29,768 bases of DNA from Amoeboradix gromovi X-113 (taxonomy: Eukaryota > Fungi > Sanchytriomycota): positions 1 to 29,768 of the forward strand of contig JADGIF010000040.1 of assembly GCA_018985225.1 (NCBI GenBank), written 5' to 3'. The first letter of the stretch is position 1; each line of letters begins with the position of its first letter. Position numbers and translations under genes: made by a program. Below, one piece after another: positions 1 through 10,590 of this stretch. The notes beneath the pieces were generated by a model, which was not told the origin of the DNA, made no database searches, and saw nothing but the letters and a program-made list of their open reading frames with translations.

Positions 1-154
1 TGCAGGGTCTTCTAGTTTTATTTTAAAAAGAGGATTGAAAGTAATGAGAGAATCTTGGTACAACAGAAAAAGATCTTTTATTAATGATTTCCTCCGTATG
101 GAGCACCTCCTTTAAAAACGAGTTAGTCTAGTTTTATATTTGGTGTCCCACTCA
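1..154 (+). mobile_element. Family T (TIR, Fanzor1-like) element copy T1; right end only, cut by window start
   Basis: Ends in GTTAGTCTAGTTTTATATTTGGTGTCCCA, the same TIR as at 12845, 16687 and 25771; bases 1-150 align with the reverse complement of 16692-16841. Confidence 0.85.
2..115 (+). pseudogene. C-terminal fragment of a Fanzor1-like ORF (AGSSSFILKRGLKVMRESWYNRKRSFINDFLRMEHLL*)
   Basis: Frame is open from base 2 and matches the peptide directly after CTFC...FERD in ORF 16712-16993. The 5' part lies outside the window, so it could be intact or a remnant. Confidence 0.55.
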
Positions 155-627
155 CTTTAAGATGAAGAGATTGTTTTTGCAAAAATAAACCCAATATTAC
201 CAAAGGCAGTTTCTGTTTTTCAGAGGTAATTGAATAATATTTATTTAATTATAATCACTGTGTTAAAACAATGATGTAGCTACAATTCTTAGACGTGATT
301 TTTATTTCTTTTCGCTTCTTATATCTTTGGATCGAGCAAAATACTCAAATAACATCATTGACTAACTACAAAAGGAAAGATAGACTAAAAATTTGTGCTT
401 CAATAATAAGAGAAAGAATGTATACGGTCATTTTTTCGGCACATAGTTCAATGAACCATTTCGGTATGCATCTGTCTATGCCCAATGAAAAGCTGATCTA
501 CGTTTTCCCACAGGCTTTGGTCGTAATAACGACGCTGCTATAACATAGAAAATCTCGTGAAATGATACACAACCAGGTTAGTAGAAGATCCTGAATACAC
601 TGTTGTTTGAGAGAGTTTCAACGATTA

Positions 628-1125
628 TTCCTCGTTAAAAGTCCAGATTTTCGAGAAATCGAGAGTTTCCACGGAGAAACTAGCGGTGCTAGTAAATCCA
701 TTACAGTAATTGCTCATGCTTTCACCACCTTGAGGCGGGATTGAATTAGTATGTATATTCTTGATGTATACTCCTTGCTGCCATACTCTCTGATGTTGCA
801 CATGTAGCAAGACCAATCATATACAAATTATTAAATAAACGGTTTACAGGTCTATTTATCGTTGATCTCTTTTTACGATGGGTTAAAATACATCTAATTG
901 TTCCATGTTTGGATCAGCTCCTCAACTTTGATGAATGTATACTACAACTATTAGCTATTCTTTAGATTTGACGCATTCAGGATGACATCCATTAATTCCA
1001 TTTACCATTTGTGAAAAGGAAGATATCTAGTATTTAAACTATTGGAAAAGTCATGCAATTATACAAAAATACATGCAAATTCTCGATATATGATTTATTT
1101 TACAAAATTCAATGGCTGTTGCAAT
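628..1125 (-). mobile_element. Family I (IS607-like TnpA + Fanzor2/TnpB) internally deleted copy I1
   Basis: Right end TTTTAACGAGGAA; conserved block 628-742; frameshifted MAAR remnant; HTH-like remnant IHSSKLRS*SKHGTIRCIL; colinear with 20645-21134 over the whole length. Left boundary approximate. Confidence 0.85.
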
Positions 1126-1157
1126 AAATCTTACATATAATCAAGGGGTTTAGGAGT

Positions 1158-2891
1158 ATGACCCAACGCACAAGTTCATTTGACCGCAATAATGCAGATT
1201 TCTTCAATTACTATAAGTTGCAACAGATGATGAGCGACGATGATCTTTTCCAGATGTTTGAAGTTATGAGAGAACACCTGCCCATATCATTTAGATTAGT
1301 CAAGTATCACTTAGAGTGGACTAAGCATAAGATTGAATTTTCACCGCTGCCATTTCTTGATACTGCTTATCAGACCCCTTACAATAGGAAGGAATTTCGA
1401 GAATCCGAGATTTTTAATTTCATCACTTGTGAGACTCAAAAAGGCGGTGTTTGGCGTGCGGAAACTGTTAGTATGATTCCTCCTGTGTTATTAAATGTAC
1501 AGGAACATGATGTTGTACTAGACATGTGTGCTGCCCCTGGTAGCAAAACTAGTCAGTTAGCAGAAGGCCTAAATGGTACAGGATTGCTGATTGCAAACGA
1601 TGCTAATAAAAAAAGAGCCAGCATGCTTATACATCAGCTGAAGGTTATTAGTCCTAGTAACATGATATTCACATCGCACCCAGGCCAACAGTTTCCTGTT
1701 ATATACAAAAATGAAAATAATTCAATTGTTCCTATATTTTATGATAAGATATTATGCGATGTGCCTTGTTCTGGTGATGGTACTGCTCGTAAGAATGTTA
1801 ATATATGGCGTACTTGGTCAATTAAAGACGGACTAGGGTTGCACAATTTACAGTGTTCTATAGCAATGAAGGCAGTGCAACAGTTGAAAGTAGGCGGAAG
1901 AATGGTTTACAGCACTTGCTCTTTGAATCCTATTGAAAATGAGGCAGTTGTGTTGAAATTGTTAAAAGCAAATAAAAATTTGAAAATTGTACCTGGTCGT
2001 CATCTAATGAAAACTTTTAAAACCCGTCCAGGTCTTACTCATTGGGTATATCCAGAGGGACTAAGAGATGAGAAGGACAATGAGAAAATAAATGGCTTAC
2101 TGCCTGGGATGGATATATTAGAGTATGGTTTGCATGAATGTTTAAGGATATATCCACACGACAACAACACAGGAGCATTCTTTGTCTGCCTATTAGAAAA
2201 GACAGCCGATTCAGACTTTATCCCTCAGACTAGAACTATAAAAGAGCATGCTAAGCGGTACAACTTGGATGTTAAGGAATCAGGGCTGTTTCGTGATTAC
2301 ATAAATAGAGCTGACAAATTTAAAGCGTACTTTATGCAGCAGGGTTCGCAAGCAGACTTAAGATGCAGGGAAATGTTTCCATTTATGAAATATTGCAACA
2401 AACAGATTTTAGCAGTTGAGAGTGGTGGTCGCAATCGAGGATTCTTTTACATGACGGAGTTGTGCTATAATGTGGTAATGCATACTGTTCCATTGCATAT
2501 CGTAAATGCAGGATGCAAGTTCATGAGCGGTTTGCGTGGTGCAGTTCGGTTATGCGAAACTGACGATATGGCGCTGAAAGAAGCTCCAAGATTTCACGAT
2601 GAGTCTTTGAGAGATGTTATATCTCTACTGAAAGAGTACAGAAATCAGTTTATCATCAGTGTTGATCATCACTCATTAATTAATTTGATGAAGGGTAACA
2701 CGCACTATAGAGATTTAACAGCATCATTTGTAGATGTGGTGTCCAACTTGTCCTCTAGCGCATTTATATTAGAGTACCAGGGTATTCATGTGATGTATTT
2801 TGCAGCTTATAGATCGAAAGTATCGATAATACTTTTGCAGGACAAGGAGGATTTGAAATCAACTTTTGAAAGGCTGGGTGTTGCGGAATGA
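1158..2891 (+). CDS. NCL1: tRNA (cytosine-C5) methyltransferase Trm4/Ncl1/NSUN2
   Basis: RsmB/NOL1/NSUN motifs VLDMCAAPGSKT, ANDA, DKILCDVPCSGDGT, VYSTCSLNPIENE and RIYPHDNNTGAFF; ETVSMIPP and TCSLNP are typical of the NSUN2 subfamily. Confidence 0.92.
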   Translation: MTQRTSSFDRNNADFFNYYKLQQMMSDDDLFQMFEVMREHLPISFRLVKYHLEWTKHKIEFSPLPFLDTAYQTPYNRKEFRESEIFNFITCETQKGGVWRAETVSMIPPVLLNVQEHDVVLDMCAAPGSKTSQLAEGLNGTGLLIANDANKKRASMLIHQLKVISPSNMIFTSHPGQQFPVIYKNENNSIVPIFYDKILCDVPCSGDGTARKNVNIWRTWSIKDGLGLHNLQCSIAMKAVQQLKVGGRMVYSTCSLNPIENEAVVLKLLKANKNLKIVPGRHLMKTFKTRPGLTHWVYPEGLRDEKDNEKINGLLPGMDILEYGLHECLRIYPHDNNTGAFFVCLLEKTADSDFIPQTRTIKEHAKRYNLDVKESGLFRDYINRADKFKAYFMQQGSQADLRCREMFPFMKYCNKQILAVESGGRNRGFFYMTELCYNVVMHTVPLHIVNAGCKFMSGLRGAVRLCETDDMALKEAPRFHDESLRDVISLLKEYRNQFIISVDHHSLINLMKGNTHYRDLTASFVDVVSNLSSSAFILEYQGIHVMYFAAYRSKVSIILLQDKEDLKSTFERLGVAE

Positions 2892-2931
2892 ATAAACATT
2901 TATTAAATTAAATAATCGCTTACTTAGACGC

Positions 2932-3909
2932 CTACTGAACATGCTCTAATTGCAGCAGAAGTTCCTTATCAACCTTATTCTTCGAATATACGTTAAATCT
3001 GGCGTATTTAGTGATTTGATACCCGTTCTGCACTAGAGTGTAGTTTGAAAGACAGTAATGAGTGCCTAGAATGAATGAGTAGTGCTTGATTTTTAAATTT
3101 AATCCGCTGGCAAACAGATCGAGATTAAACGATGGACACGGAACCTTAACCAACACAAATGGAACGGAAAGAAAGCACCAGGGCAGGGAGTGCTGTTCGT
3201 TATGTATAAATGATATTTCTACTTGGTTTAGCAGCTTGGGTAAGATTGTGCATTTTAAAATATCATTCATTGATATTTGCAAAGAATTAAGATGAGGAAA
3301 TCCATGAGATATGTCGTTTATATTCTGTGACTCATACTCGCATATTTTAAGTTGTTTAATGAATGGATAGTGAATGTTACGCAGATCAAATTCATTTGAG
3401 TATAACACAGTCAAGCTAGTTAAGGTAGGGATGTTATTGGGGAAAGAGACAGACAAGTCGTATATGCTTAGAGCACTTAAACAATGATGTGAGATTTCAC
3501 TCAGAATGTGCTTGTATGAATGAAACTGGTCGTTTAATGCTGCTAAGATTTTGTAAACGCAATTGAAATCAAACTCAAGGGATATTGAATAATCGTCATT
3601 CTCATTCATGTTGTTTAGAACATAGATGTCAAATATCTTGCAGTTAGATAACGATTTGAAACGGCTTAATTCATAATGATTGTATTTGCGATGTAGAAAC
3701 ACTCCAAAGCGAATAATCCATTTCTCATATGCAAATACTGATCTTCTAGTTGTGTGTTTAAATATTGGGATAATGCAATTCTTTTGATAATAAATATGCG
3801 CATATTTTGGTTTCAAATACTTCATGGTGTATTTCTTATTTATTAAAAACATACTTGATGAATTAAAGCTCAGGATGATATCAATAATCTCATCCGGCAG
3901 TATTGGCAT
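2932..3909 (-). CDS. Putative F-box-like protein with degenerate leucine-rich C-terminus
   Basis: 325-aa ORF; N-terminal LPDEIIDIILSF resembles an F-box start; LRR-like segments IPTLTSLTV, FIKQLKI and FPHLNSLQI. Confidence 0.55.
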   Translation of the reverse strand: MPILPDEIIDIILSFNSSSMFLINKKYTMKYLKPKYAHIYYQKNCIIPIFKHTTRRSVFAYEKWIIRFGVFLHRKYNHYELSRFKSLSNCKIFDIYVLNNMNENDDYSISLEFDFNCVYKILAALNDQFHSYKHILSEISHHCLSALSIYDLSVSFPNNIPTLTSLTVLYSNEFDLRNIHYPFIKQLKICEYESQNINDISHGFPHLNSLQISMNDILKCTILPKLLNQVEISFIHNEQHSLPWCFLSVPFVLVKVPCPSFNLDLFASGLNLKIKHYSFILGTHYCLSNYTLVQNGYQITKYARFNVYSKNKVDKELLLQLEHVQ

Positions 3910-4050
3910 GGTATAATCTAAACATGGTGTAGCGTCTATTTATAGTAAATTATAGACCTGATAGGTCCGATGACATACATGTGGTACACCTAATCAATTT
4001 TTCAAACAAATATCTGAAATAGAACTAGTCGATTCGAAATGCTACACACT

Positions 4051-4500
4051 CTATAATCTATGTTGTGGGCGCCAACTCGCTGTTATGGACTCCTCCTGGC
4101 TAGCCAAGAATTTCAGAATTGCTACGTAGACTTTTTTGCTATGAGGACATTTGTACCAAGTATCTATGTAAAACACATCACTGCAGCTACACTGACGTAA
4201 CATTGAACCTCTATGTGACAGTGGAACGCTCTTGTGCATTTGAGCATTCATGAAATATGAAGCAATCTCTAAAAGTCGCAGACCAAGGAATAAGCAAAAT
4301 CTGCGTCTATCAATTAACTACCTGTACCTTGTTTGGTATATTGCAACGGCCCTTTCTGTTGTGCTATTAAGTGCGACCACAATAGTAAACTTTTTTTGTC
4401 ATGTCTTTCTCGATAAGTATTTCATATCCTTAGCCAAGGATTTTCAATAGGACGGGTTGTCTATATGTCAAATCTGCCTTTGTTGTGTTTTGCAGGTTTA
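4051..4500 (-). pseudogene. Possible decayed Mutator-like (MULE) transposase fragment with SWIM zinc finger
   Basis: CSCSDVFYIDTWYKCPH fits SWIM CxC-xn-CxH; upstream in another frame RFDI*TTRPIENPWLRI resembles the MULE TTNxxE motif; several stops and frameshifts. Confidence 0.35.
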
Positions 4501-4652
4501 GAGTGAGTGGAAGGCTCTGATTAGACTTACATACTGTATTTTGGATGGATTTTGGGCATCTTGTTATTCAAGAATTCTTTTACTAGCGATCTGCTTTTAT
4601 TCTCAGCCTAATTTTCCTTGAGACTGTCCCACTTCTTTCAAGGTTTCACTTA

Positions 4653-6396
4653 ATGCAATCAAATAGTTCAACTTCACCATTAAGCCCTACAGTAGATGCA
4701 CTAACTGAAGTATCAACAAAGTCAATGAAGAGGTTTTCTTCTCAATTAAATCTAACATCTCCGAATGAAGTTCAAACTAAACAAGGACTTAATAAAATAG
4801 ATCAAGAATTTTTAAAATCCGAATTCGTGATTGAATATCTAGACGTCAACCAGGTTTTTACATGCTCTTATAACGATTCTGCGAACACCGGTCGTATAGT
4901 TGTTACTCCAAAAATTCTTGGTTACATGGGCAACGATCTAAACTCAATAACTAAAATTAGCATCCAGCTACATGACATAATAAACATCGAAAAGCGAAAT
5001 ACCTCTAGTGTATTCCCTAATGCTATACGCATCTATACCACTCAGAATCACTATACTTTTGTATCTTTTCTAAAAAGAAATGCTGCTTTTAAACTGATTT
5101 TATCTTGTTGGGAGAACGCTTGCCTAGAACATGCAAGTTCTCGCAATGAGAACATCATACATATAGCCAATTTATCTGCTGACCATGACGCACATAGGGC
5201 CATAAGTGCTTCTGCGGATTTCCCCTCAGCAATAGATCAAAACGAGTCAAACACAAACGTTAGCACAAGTAGCGAGTTTATTGATCCAGTAGCAGTTGAA
5301 AGTGGCACTATGCAAAGTAAGCTGCTGGGATTTGACAACAATCAGTCTTTAGATCAACTAGAGAGCCAACAGCCAATCATTAAGAAAGAACCATCAGAGC
5401 AGGATGTATATGTTGACCCTGTTCCTTCCGCCAACAGCGACCCTTTAACATCTGCTAATGATCAAGTTAAGGCATTTTGGTCCAACATGGGAAAAAGCTT
5501 AATATCTATCCAGGCTCAAATAACTGAAAAAACTAAACCTAAAGCAAGAGCACCTAGTAGTAACTCCTTGTCTTCAACATTGGCAGCTACAACCAATAAA
5601 CTTTTAGATCCCTTGATGTCGCTTTCAGAGCCTCAATCCACCAGTGCCACAGTAAAACCACCTCCGCTGCCTCCAAGTTTAAAATCCTTAACAACTCCAT
5701 TACGCCCAATTCTTGTCCAGTCAATTAAACTAAAATGCAAATATGTTTATCGTTTTTTATTTGAAAGCCCTTTGCTTCAGAGAACTTTACAGCAGCAAGG
5801 TGCAACGGATTTAGAAATAACGCACTGGTATGATGCCAATTATAGTAATAACGGTACAACTGTAAGACGCAATGCTAGAACTATCAGTTATAAGATAAGT
5901 AGGCCCTCTGATATGTACAAATACACCGATGTTCACTATTTGATAAATTCAGATGAAGGACAAATGTATCGAATACTTATTTAGGTATGTTATAGAGGTG
6001 CACAGTAGTGGAGTATCTACATCTAGTAATCAGGGACCCAACTATACAATAATTCATAGAATAGAGATAACACAGGATCCCAGAGCAACAAACATCCAGG
6101 TTAGCATTCGGATAGACTATAAGAAATCGGTATTTCAAGAGAGCAAGGTAGATAAACGCGCTAGCGATAGAATCAAAAAGTTTTACTTAGACGAGATTAA
6201 TCAAATACGCAAAGGAATGCTTAAAAGAAAGAACAAACCCAAATCTGTAGCAGAAACTACTAGCGGATTAAAAGATTTTTTAAGAATGTTTATTAGTAGT
6301 TTGAATGCTGATGAGGTAGTATTAGGATTATTGATCGTAACAATACTCTTCAACATATTATTGATTATCCAATTTGTACTGAGAGCATTAGGATAG
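4653..6396 (+). CDS. GRAM-domain / VASt-like ER-anchored sterol transfer protein (Lam/Ltc/Aster family); join(4653..5965,5985..6396)
   Basis: GRAM motifs (FTCSY...GRIVVT, IEKRNTSSVFPNAIRI, YTFVSFLKRNAAFKLI..W), VASt-like segment (DLEITHW...RTISY) and a C-terminal TM helix; a 19-nt GT-AG intron joins the two ORFs in frame (EGQM|YVIEV). Confidence 0.8.
5966..5984 (+). other. 19-nt spliceosomal intron GTATCGAATACTTATTTAG
   Basis: GT..AG ends; removal joins ORF 4653-5984 to the frame of ORF 5953-6396. Confidence 0.8.
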
Positions 6397-6574
6397 TTGA
6401 ACTTAATAAATAATGTTATGCATATTCCAACGAAAACTTATATTCCCGTTCCTTATTAAAGTGATATCCTACATCTCATGTTGGCAAAAGCTATGTGCTT
6501 CATTACAATTTCTGTTATTTGAAGATTTAGCAAGAAACAGCATCACCAAGTTGCATTCGATGGTGTATTAACTG

Positions 6575-6867
6575 ATTTTATAGCTGGTTTGAGGACAAAC
6601 GCAATCCGTGAAGATGCATGCATACATTTACGCTAGATAAAGCCAGGTATCACATGTTCTTTCATCCATACTCTGGACTCTCGAAAGATTTATTTGAAGT
6701 TTACAAGGAATAACAAGCAATTCTTCGAGATAAAACCATATACTAGGTGAAAATAACCCCTTGATGCCCGTCATGTAGCACTGATGAACTATCTCTGAAC
6801 TGTACCCAAGGCATGCACTGAATATCTTATGGACAAAAATGATTTACTAATCACGAACTTGTGCAGT
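6575..6867 (+). pseudogene. Decayed IS630/Tc1-mariner-like DDE transposase fragment
   Basis: Frameshifted peptides FYSWFEDK, FTLDKARYH (DNAxYH motif), EYLMDK and NHELVQ occur in the expected order; in-frame stops; ends where element I2 begins. Confidence 0.5.
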
Positions 6868-7315
6868 CTCCTCGTTAAAATTCCTGATTTCCGAGAAAAT
6901 CGAGAATTTCCAGAGAGAAACTAGCATTAGTTTCTCCGGTACAGTGATCGCTCACGCTTTCACTACCCTGAGGCGGGATTGAATAAGGATGCATCTACTT
7001 GATGTATATGTTCCTTGCTGCCATATGATCTCTATCTATCTTCAAATAACAGCTGGTACAAGTGTATGTTTCTCAGTTGGTTTTCTTTAGAGTGCCACGT
7101 ATTGTACATGGCATCGAATTTCCGTGTTTCGACCAGCTTATTAGTCTGAGACGAATGTATGCTGTACCTGTTAATTATTTATTTAGAATTGATTTACCAT
7201 TTGTGAAAAGGAAGAATATCGAGTATTTGAGCTATTAGAAAAATCTTGAAATTATACAAAAATGCATACAAATTCGCGAAAAATGATTTATTCAAGAAAA
7301 TAGTCAAGTTGTAAC
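6868..7315 (-). mobile_element. Family I copy I2 (IS607-like/Fanzor2 remnant)
   Basis: Minus strand reads SMPCTIRGTLKKTN*ETYTCTSCYLKIDRDHMAARNIYIK (Zn ribbon + RuvC-III), fused to HTH remnant YSIHSS..ISWSKHG; right end TTTTAACGAGGAG. Confidence 0.9.
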
Positions 7316-8053
7316 AAAAATATGTGTCTGTTCGTCAAGAATGTGCGTGCCACTGCCTTTATTCTACACGTTTAGACAGCATTTTATTGGTCACCTAGAA
7401 ATTCTTGAATCTTCTTGATGTATCAGCAAAATCGTCAAGAAACCCCACCTGATTTTTGCTTTCGCAAATATTGATAGGGAAATCCTGAGCATCTCTTTAC
7501 GGAATTTCGGTAAGGAAAGCGTATGAAGAAGGATGTACAATGACATTTTCCAGCCGCACCTGGGAATCTTAAAGGTTCCGATTGAGATACTGATACTGTA
7601 GTACTTAATGAGAAACCGGTGGCAAGATTGGTAAAAGCAAAGTACCTTTGCCGATTCCTTATTTTAAAACATCAAAAGCTTATCAGCAATTATTGTAAAT
7701 TACAAGTATAGTAGCATTCAGCAGTCTCAAAGAGGTCCAAAGTTGAGCCACTACGCTCACTTGGTGCAGTTTGGGATAGAGCTTTTAATGCGTGTTGCAA
7801 GTATCTTAAAATAATAGAAGATCTATCGAGCAACGTTGCAAGTCCCGATTGGCAAAGAAGAGGAAATTTAGAGTTTTGCCTGGACATGGATTATGATTAG
7901 TTACGGGACATATCTGCGCTAATTAGATCCACTGTTTTGAAACTTTTGTTTGAAAAAGTGTGTTTAGTTTTTGTAGAATGTGTACCATGTGCAAAAGTAG
8001 AATGCATGCATTATGGCAGTCATGGTCGAGTAATTATGCTCCTTGAAAATAAA

Positions 8054-9067
8054 ATGCTGTCCATATACATCCCAATAGTATCTACTTTGTATTACGCACT
8101 AGGATTGGTTTTATATTTGTATAATTTCAAACATGTGGTGATATCAAGAAGATTGCCATATCTTTTGATAGTTGATCAAATATTAAATTACAGCTCAATA
8201 TTGATGCTATTCTGTGAGTCTCCATGTATTCTGTATCATCTAGCTGGTATACTTTCAGCTACAATTACAATTGTAAGGATGACATACATTTATCAGTTTA
8301 TTGGACACGACCACAAATGGTTGCAGATTATTAATAGAATGCTCTGGACTGCTGATTATAGGTTAAAGACAGGCTCTATGTTGATACTTCTATCCCTGTC
8401 CATGGCAGTTAGCTTGGTAACAACTGTTGCATATTCTGCAATAGTTGGAAACTTTAAGTCTACTTGCTCTTTGTATCCATATCCTATTATGTTTATTCAA
8501 ATGTATGCGTTGGTGCTTATCCAAGTGGTTTATATCACAAGCATTACCGCTGCAAAGTTGGGTGATAAAATTGGAATGAAATTGGAAATTGCTGGCAGGT
8601 GCTTTACATATGTAGCTTTTTCTGTTTTGTTTCTGCTAGTTACTACTTTACTGGACCAAATACCTTTCGAATATTACGGCATAACTCAAAAGCTGAATTT
8701 TATATTCTGGGGTACTTGGTTTCCGTGTATTTACATTTACATTGTTGACTCGAGATTTAAGATTATTAGACTTTCTGGTAGTGATTACAATGTAGCTAAT
8801 TTAGAGGAAATGGGGAAAGCTTACTATTGCAGTGAAAACATTCATTTTCTAGCAAAATACAGCGAGTATCTTAACAACGATAGAGATAACAGACTGTTGG
8901 AGGGTCTGCTAAATGATTTTGTGGAGTTGAATTCCAAATTCCAGTTGAATCTAAACCAGGAAATACGAAACAAAGTACTTTCAAAGCCAAAGTACATAGA
9001 GTTGGTATACGACGAGGTAGTAGAAATGGTGAGTCACAACTTGCTACCTTTTATAATAGAATTGTGA
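8054..9067 (+). CDS. Multi-pass membrane protein with C-terminal RGS domain (7TM-RGS), paralog 1
   Basis: About 6-7 hydrophobic segments, then RGS motifs YCSENIHFL and DFVELNSKFQLNLNQEIR; ATG 8054 chosen by alignment with the paralog. Confidence 0.8.
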   Translation: MLSIYIPIVSTLYYALGLVLYLYNFKHVVISRRLPYLLIVDQILNYSSILMLFCESPCILYHLAGILSATITIVRMTYIYQFIGHDHKWLQIINRMLWTADYRLKTGSMLILLSLSMAVSLVTTVAYSAIVGNFKSTCSLYPYPIMFIQMYALVLIQVVYITSITAAKLGDKIGMKLEIAGRCFTYVAFSVLFLLVTTLLDQIPFEYYGITQKLNFIFWGTWFPCIYIYIVDSRFKIIRLSGSDYNVANLEEMGKAYYCSENIHFLAKYSEYLNNDRDNRLLEGLLNDFVELNSKFQLNLNQEIRNKVLSKPKYIELVYDEVVEMVSHNLLPFIIEL

Positions 9068-10590
9068 ATTTATAAATAAATACGTTTGATGTTCAGTGTT
9101 TACGAGAGTAGGACACAAAATGTATTACATAGACTATCTTTAAATTTTGGTTTTGGAAGTAACCGAATTGCTATTAGAATGAGTAGTTCAATTGTAAATA
9201 GAGTATTAAGCCTGTCTAATTAGATTGAATAAAAATCAAGATCCATTAAGACCATCGAGACCTCTGCACATTATCAACAAGAGTGAATTGTAGAAGAGCA
9301 ATAAGGAAGACATTTGACTTGTTCGATATTCAAAACCCATCAAAAAAGTGCCCAAAACTGCATCATTAAATCTCATCAGATTGCTGCACTACGCTAATGT
9401 GCTAATGTCATCATTGATACCAGAAGCCTAGCAAAGGTCATAAACTCAGTCAACTAAACAGTTCCAAGGCTGAACATCGGAAAGTTATTGGCTCCGAATA
9501 GGAAATATGACCAAAGAGAAAGGCAGTGATTCAATATGTGGATGCAACTAATGAGCACAATCTAACAGATGCTCAAATAATCTGCAACAGGTAACTGATC
9601 GCTACATTGGAGGATAACACTGAATGCTTTTATTAGAGTGATGACTAACATAGTAGCACCCACACTCAAAGAACCTTAGATTTGTGCCAGTACAAACTTA
9701 GTCGTACAATCGTGGATAGCAACGTGAAAGCATTTTGCAACCACCTTCAATTCGTAGAACGTTAGTGGGGATACATAGGAAGACTTGTTAGCAACTAAGA
9801 TGAATGACTGACTACGATGACTTATTGCTTTAAGCTTGGCTCCTATGATATGCGACATTTTTTTTATTTTTTTACATTTTGAGGTACTTGTCTAGCAATT
9901 CTGTCTATTTTTTGTAGATTGCGGCTTGAATGTGCTACGTTGCAATAGTCATATTTCTTCAAAGCAATAAATTTATTATGTTTACGAATGTTGTTCCAAA
10001 TTTTAAGAGGCCGGTTTTATAGTGCATGTCTCAAGTATTGGTCGCGCTCTGGTTACTTTGAAGGTCTCTTGATACTATTAAAGTTGGTTTTCCTCAAAGA
10101 ATCTGCACACTTGCGAATTCCAATAAACATTGGATTCCTTTAGGCAGCACAGAACAGATGGTCTCTTGATCTATGCGGCTACTTACATCTCTTTATAATG
10201 CATTCTTAACTGTTTAAGCACGGAAGTTGTGTCTTGTGATCTGTCACTTAAAACTTTTAATCGTATACGAATGACTTTTGACGTAATTTTTTTAAGTTGG
10301 AAAACTGCTACTCTGAGTCCATTGACAGAATCCGTAGCAAATTTACATTAGTTACGCTGTAACAGATTTCTTTTTTTAATCTTCATGTGGTTTTGAGTCT
10401 CTTATAATTTATCATACCAGCCATTTTAACACGGCGTTACTGAAATACCGCAGATTAATTAAATTATGAGTTAAGTAAACGTTTTAAATGAATTATTACC
10501 TTGATGATCACGACGCTCATTACATGTGTTTTGGACATCTGGTCAAACTCTGCATATTGGTCATTCCATCAATCTTGCCCCTTGGGAACA

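Noticed and set aside
625-816. ORFs 625-816, 20763-20963, 16394-16579 and 29374-29595 as small protein genes
   Set aside because: They are pieces of deleted Family I elements; the frame is broken differently in each copy (TAG in I2, TAA in I4).
7070-7080. In-frame TGA codons in Fanzor remnants as stop-codon reassignment
   Set aside because: They occur at different positions in I2 and I6, and intact genes end in TAA, TAG and TGA.
7937-8053. TTG/GTG-initiated N-terminal extensions in the ORF track (also 10501, 12560, 20641, 24137, 25795, 26552, 28340)
   Set aside because: Eukaryotic context; downstream ATGs fit homolog or paralog starts better.
9070-10500. Long intergenic region between the RGS paralogs
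   Set aside because: Only short broken frames; no motif or repeat I can support.
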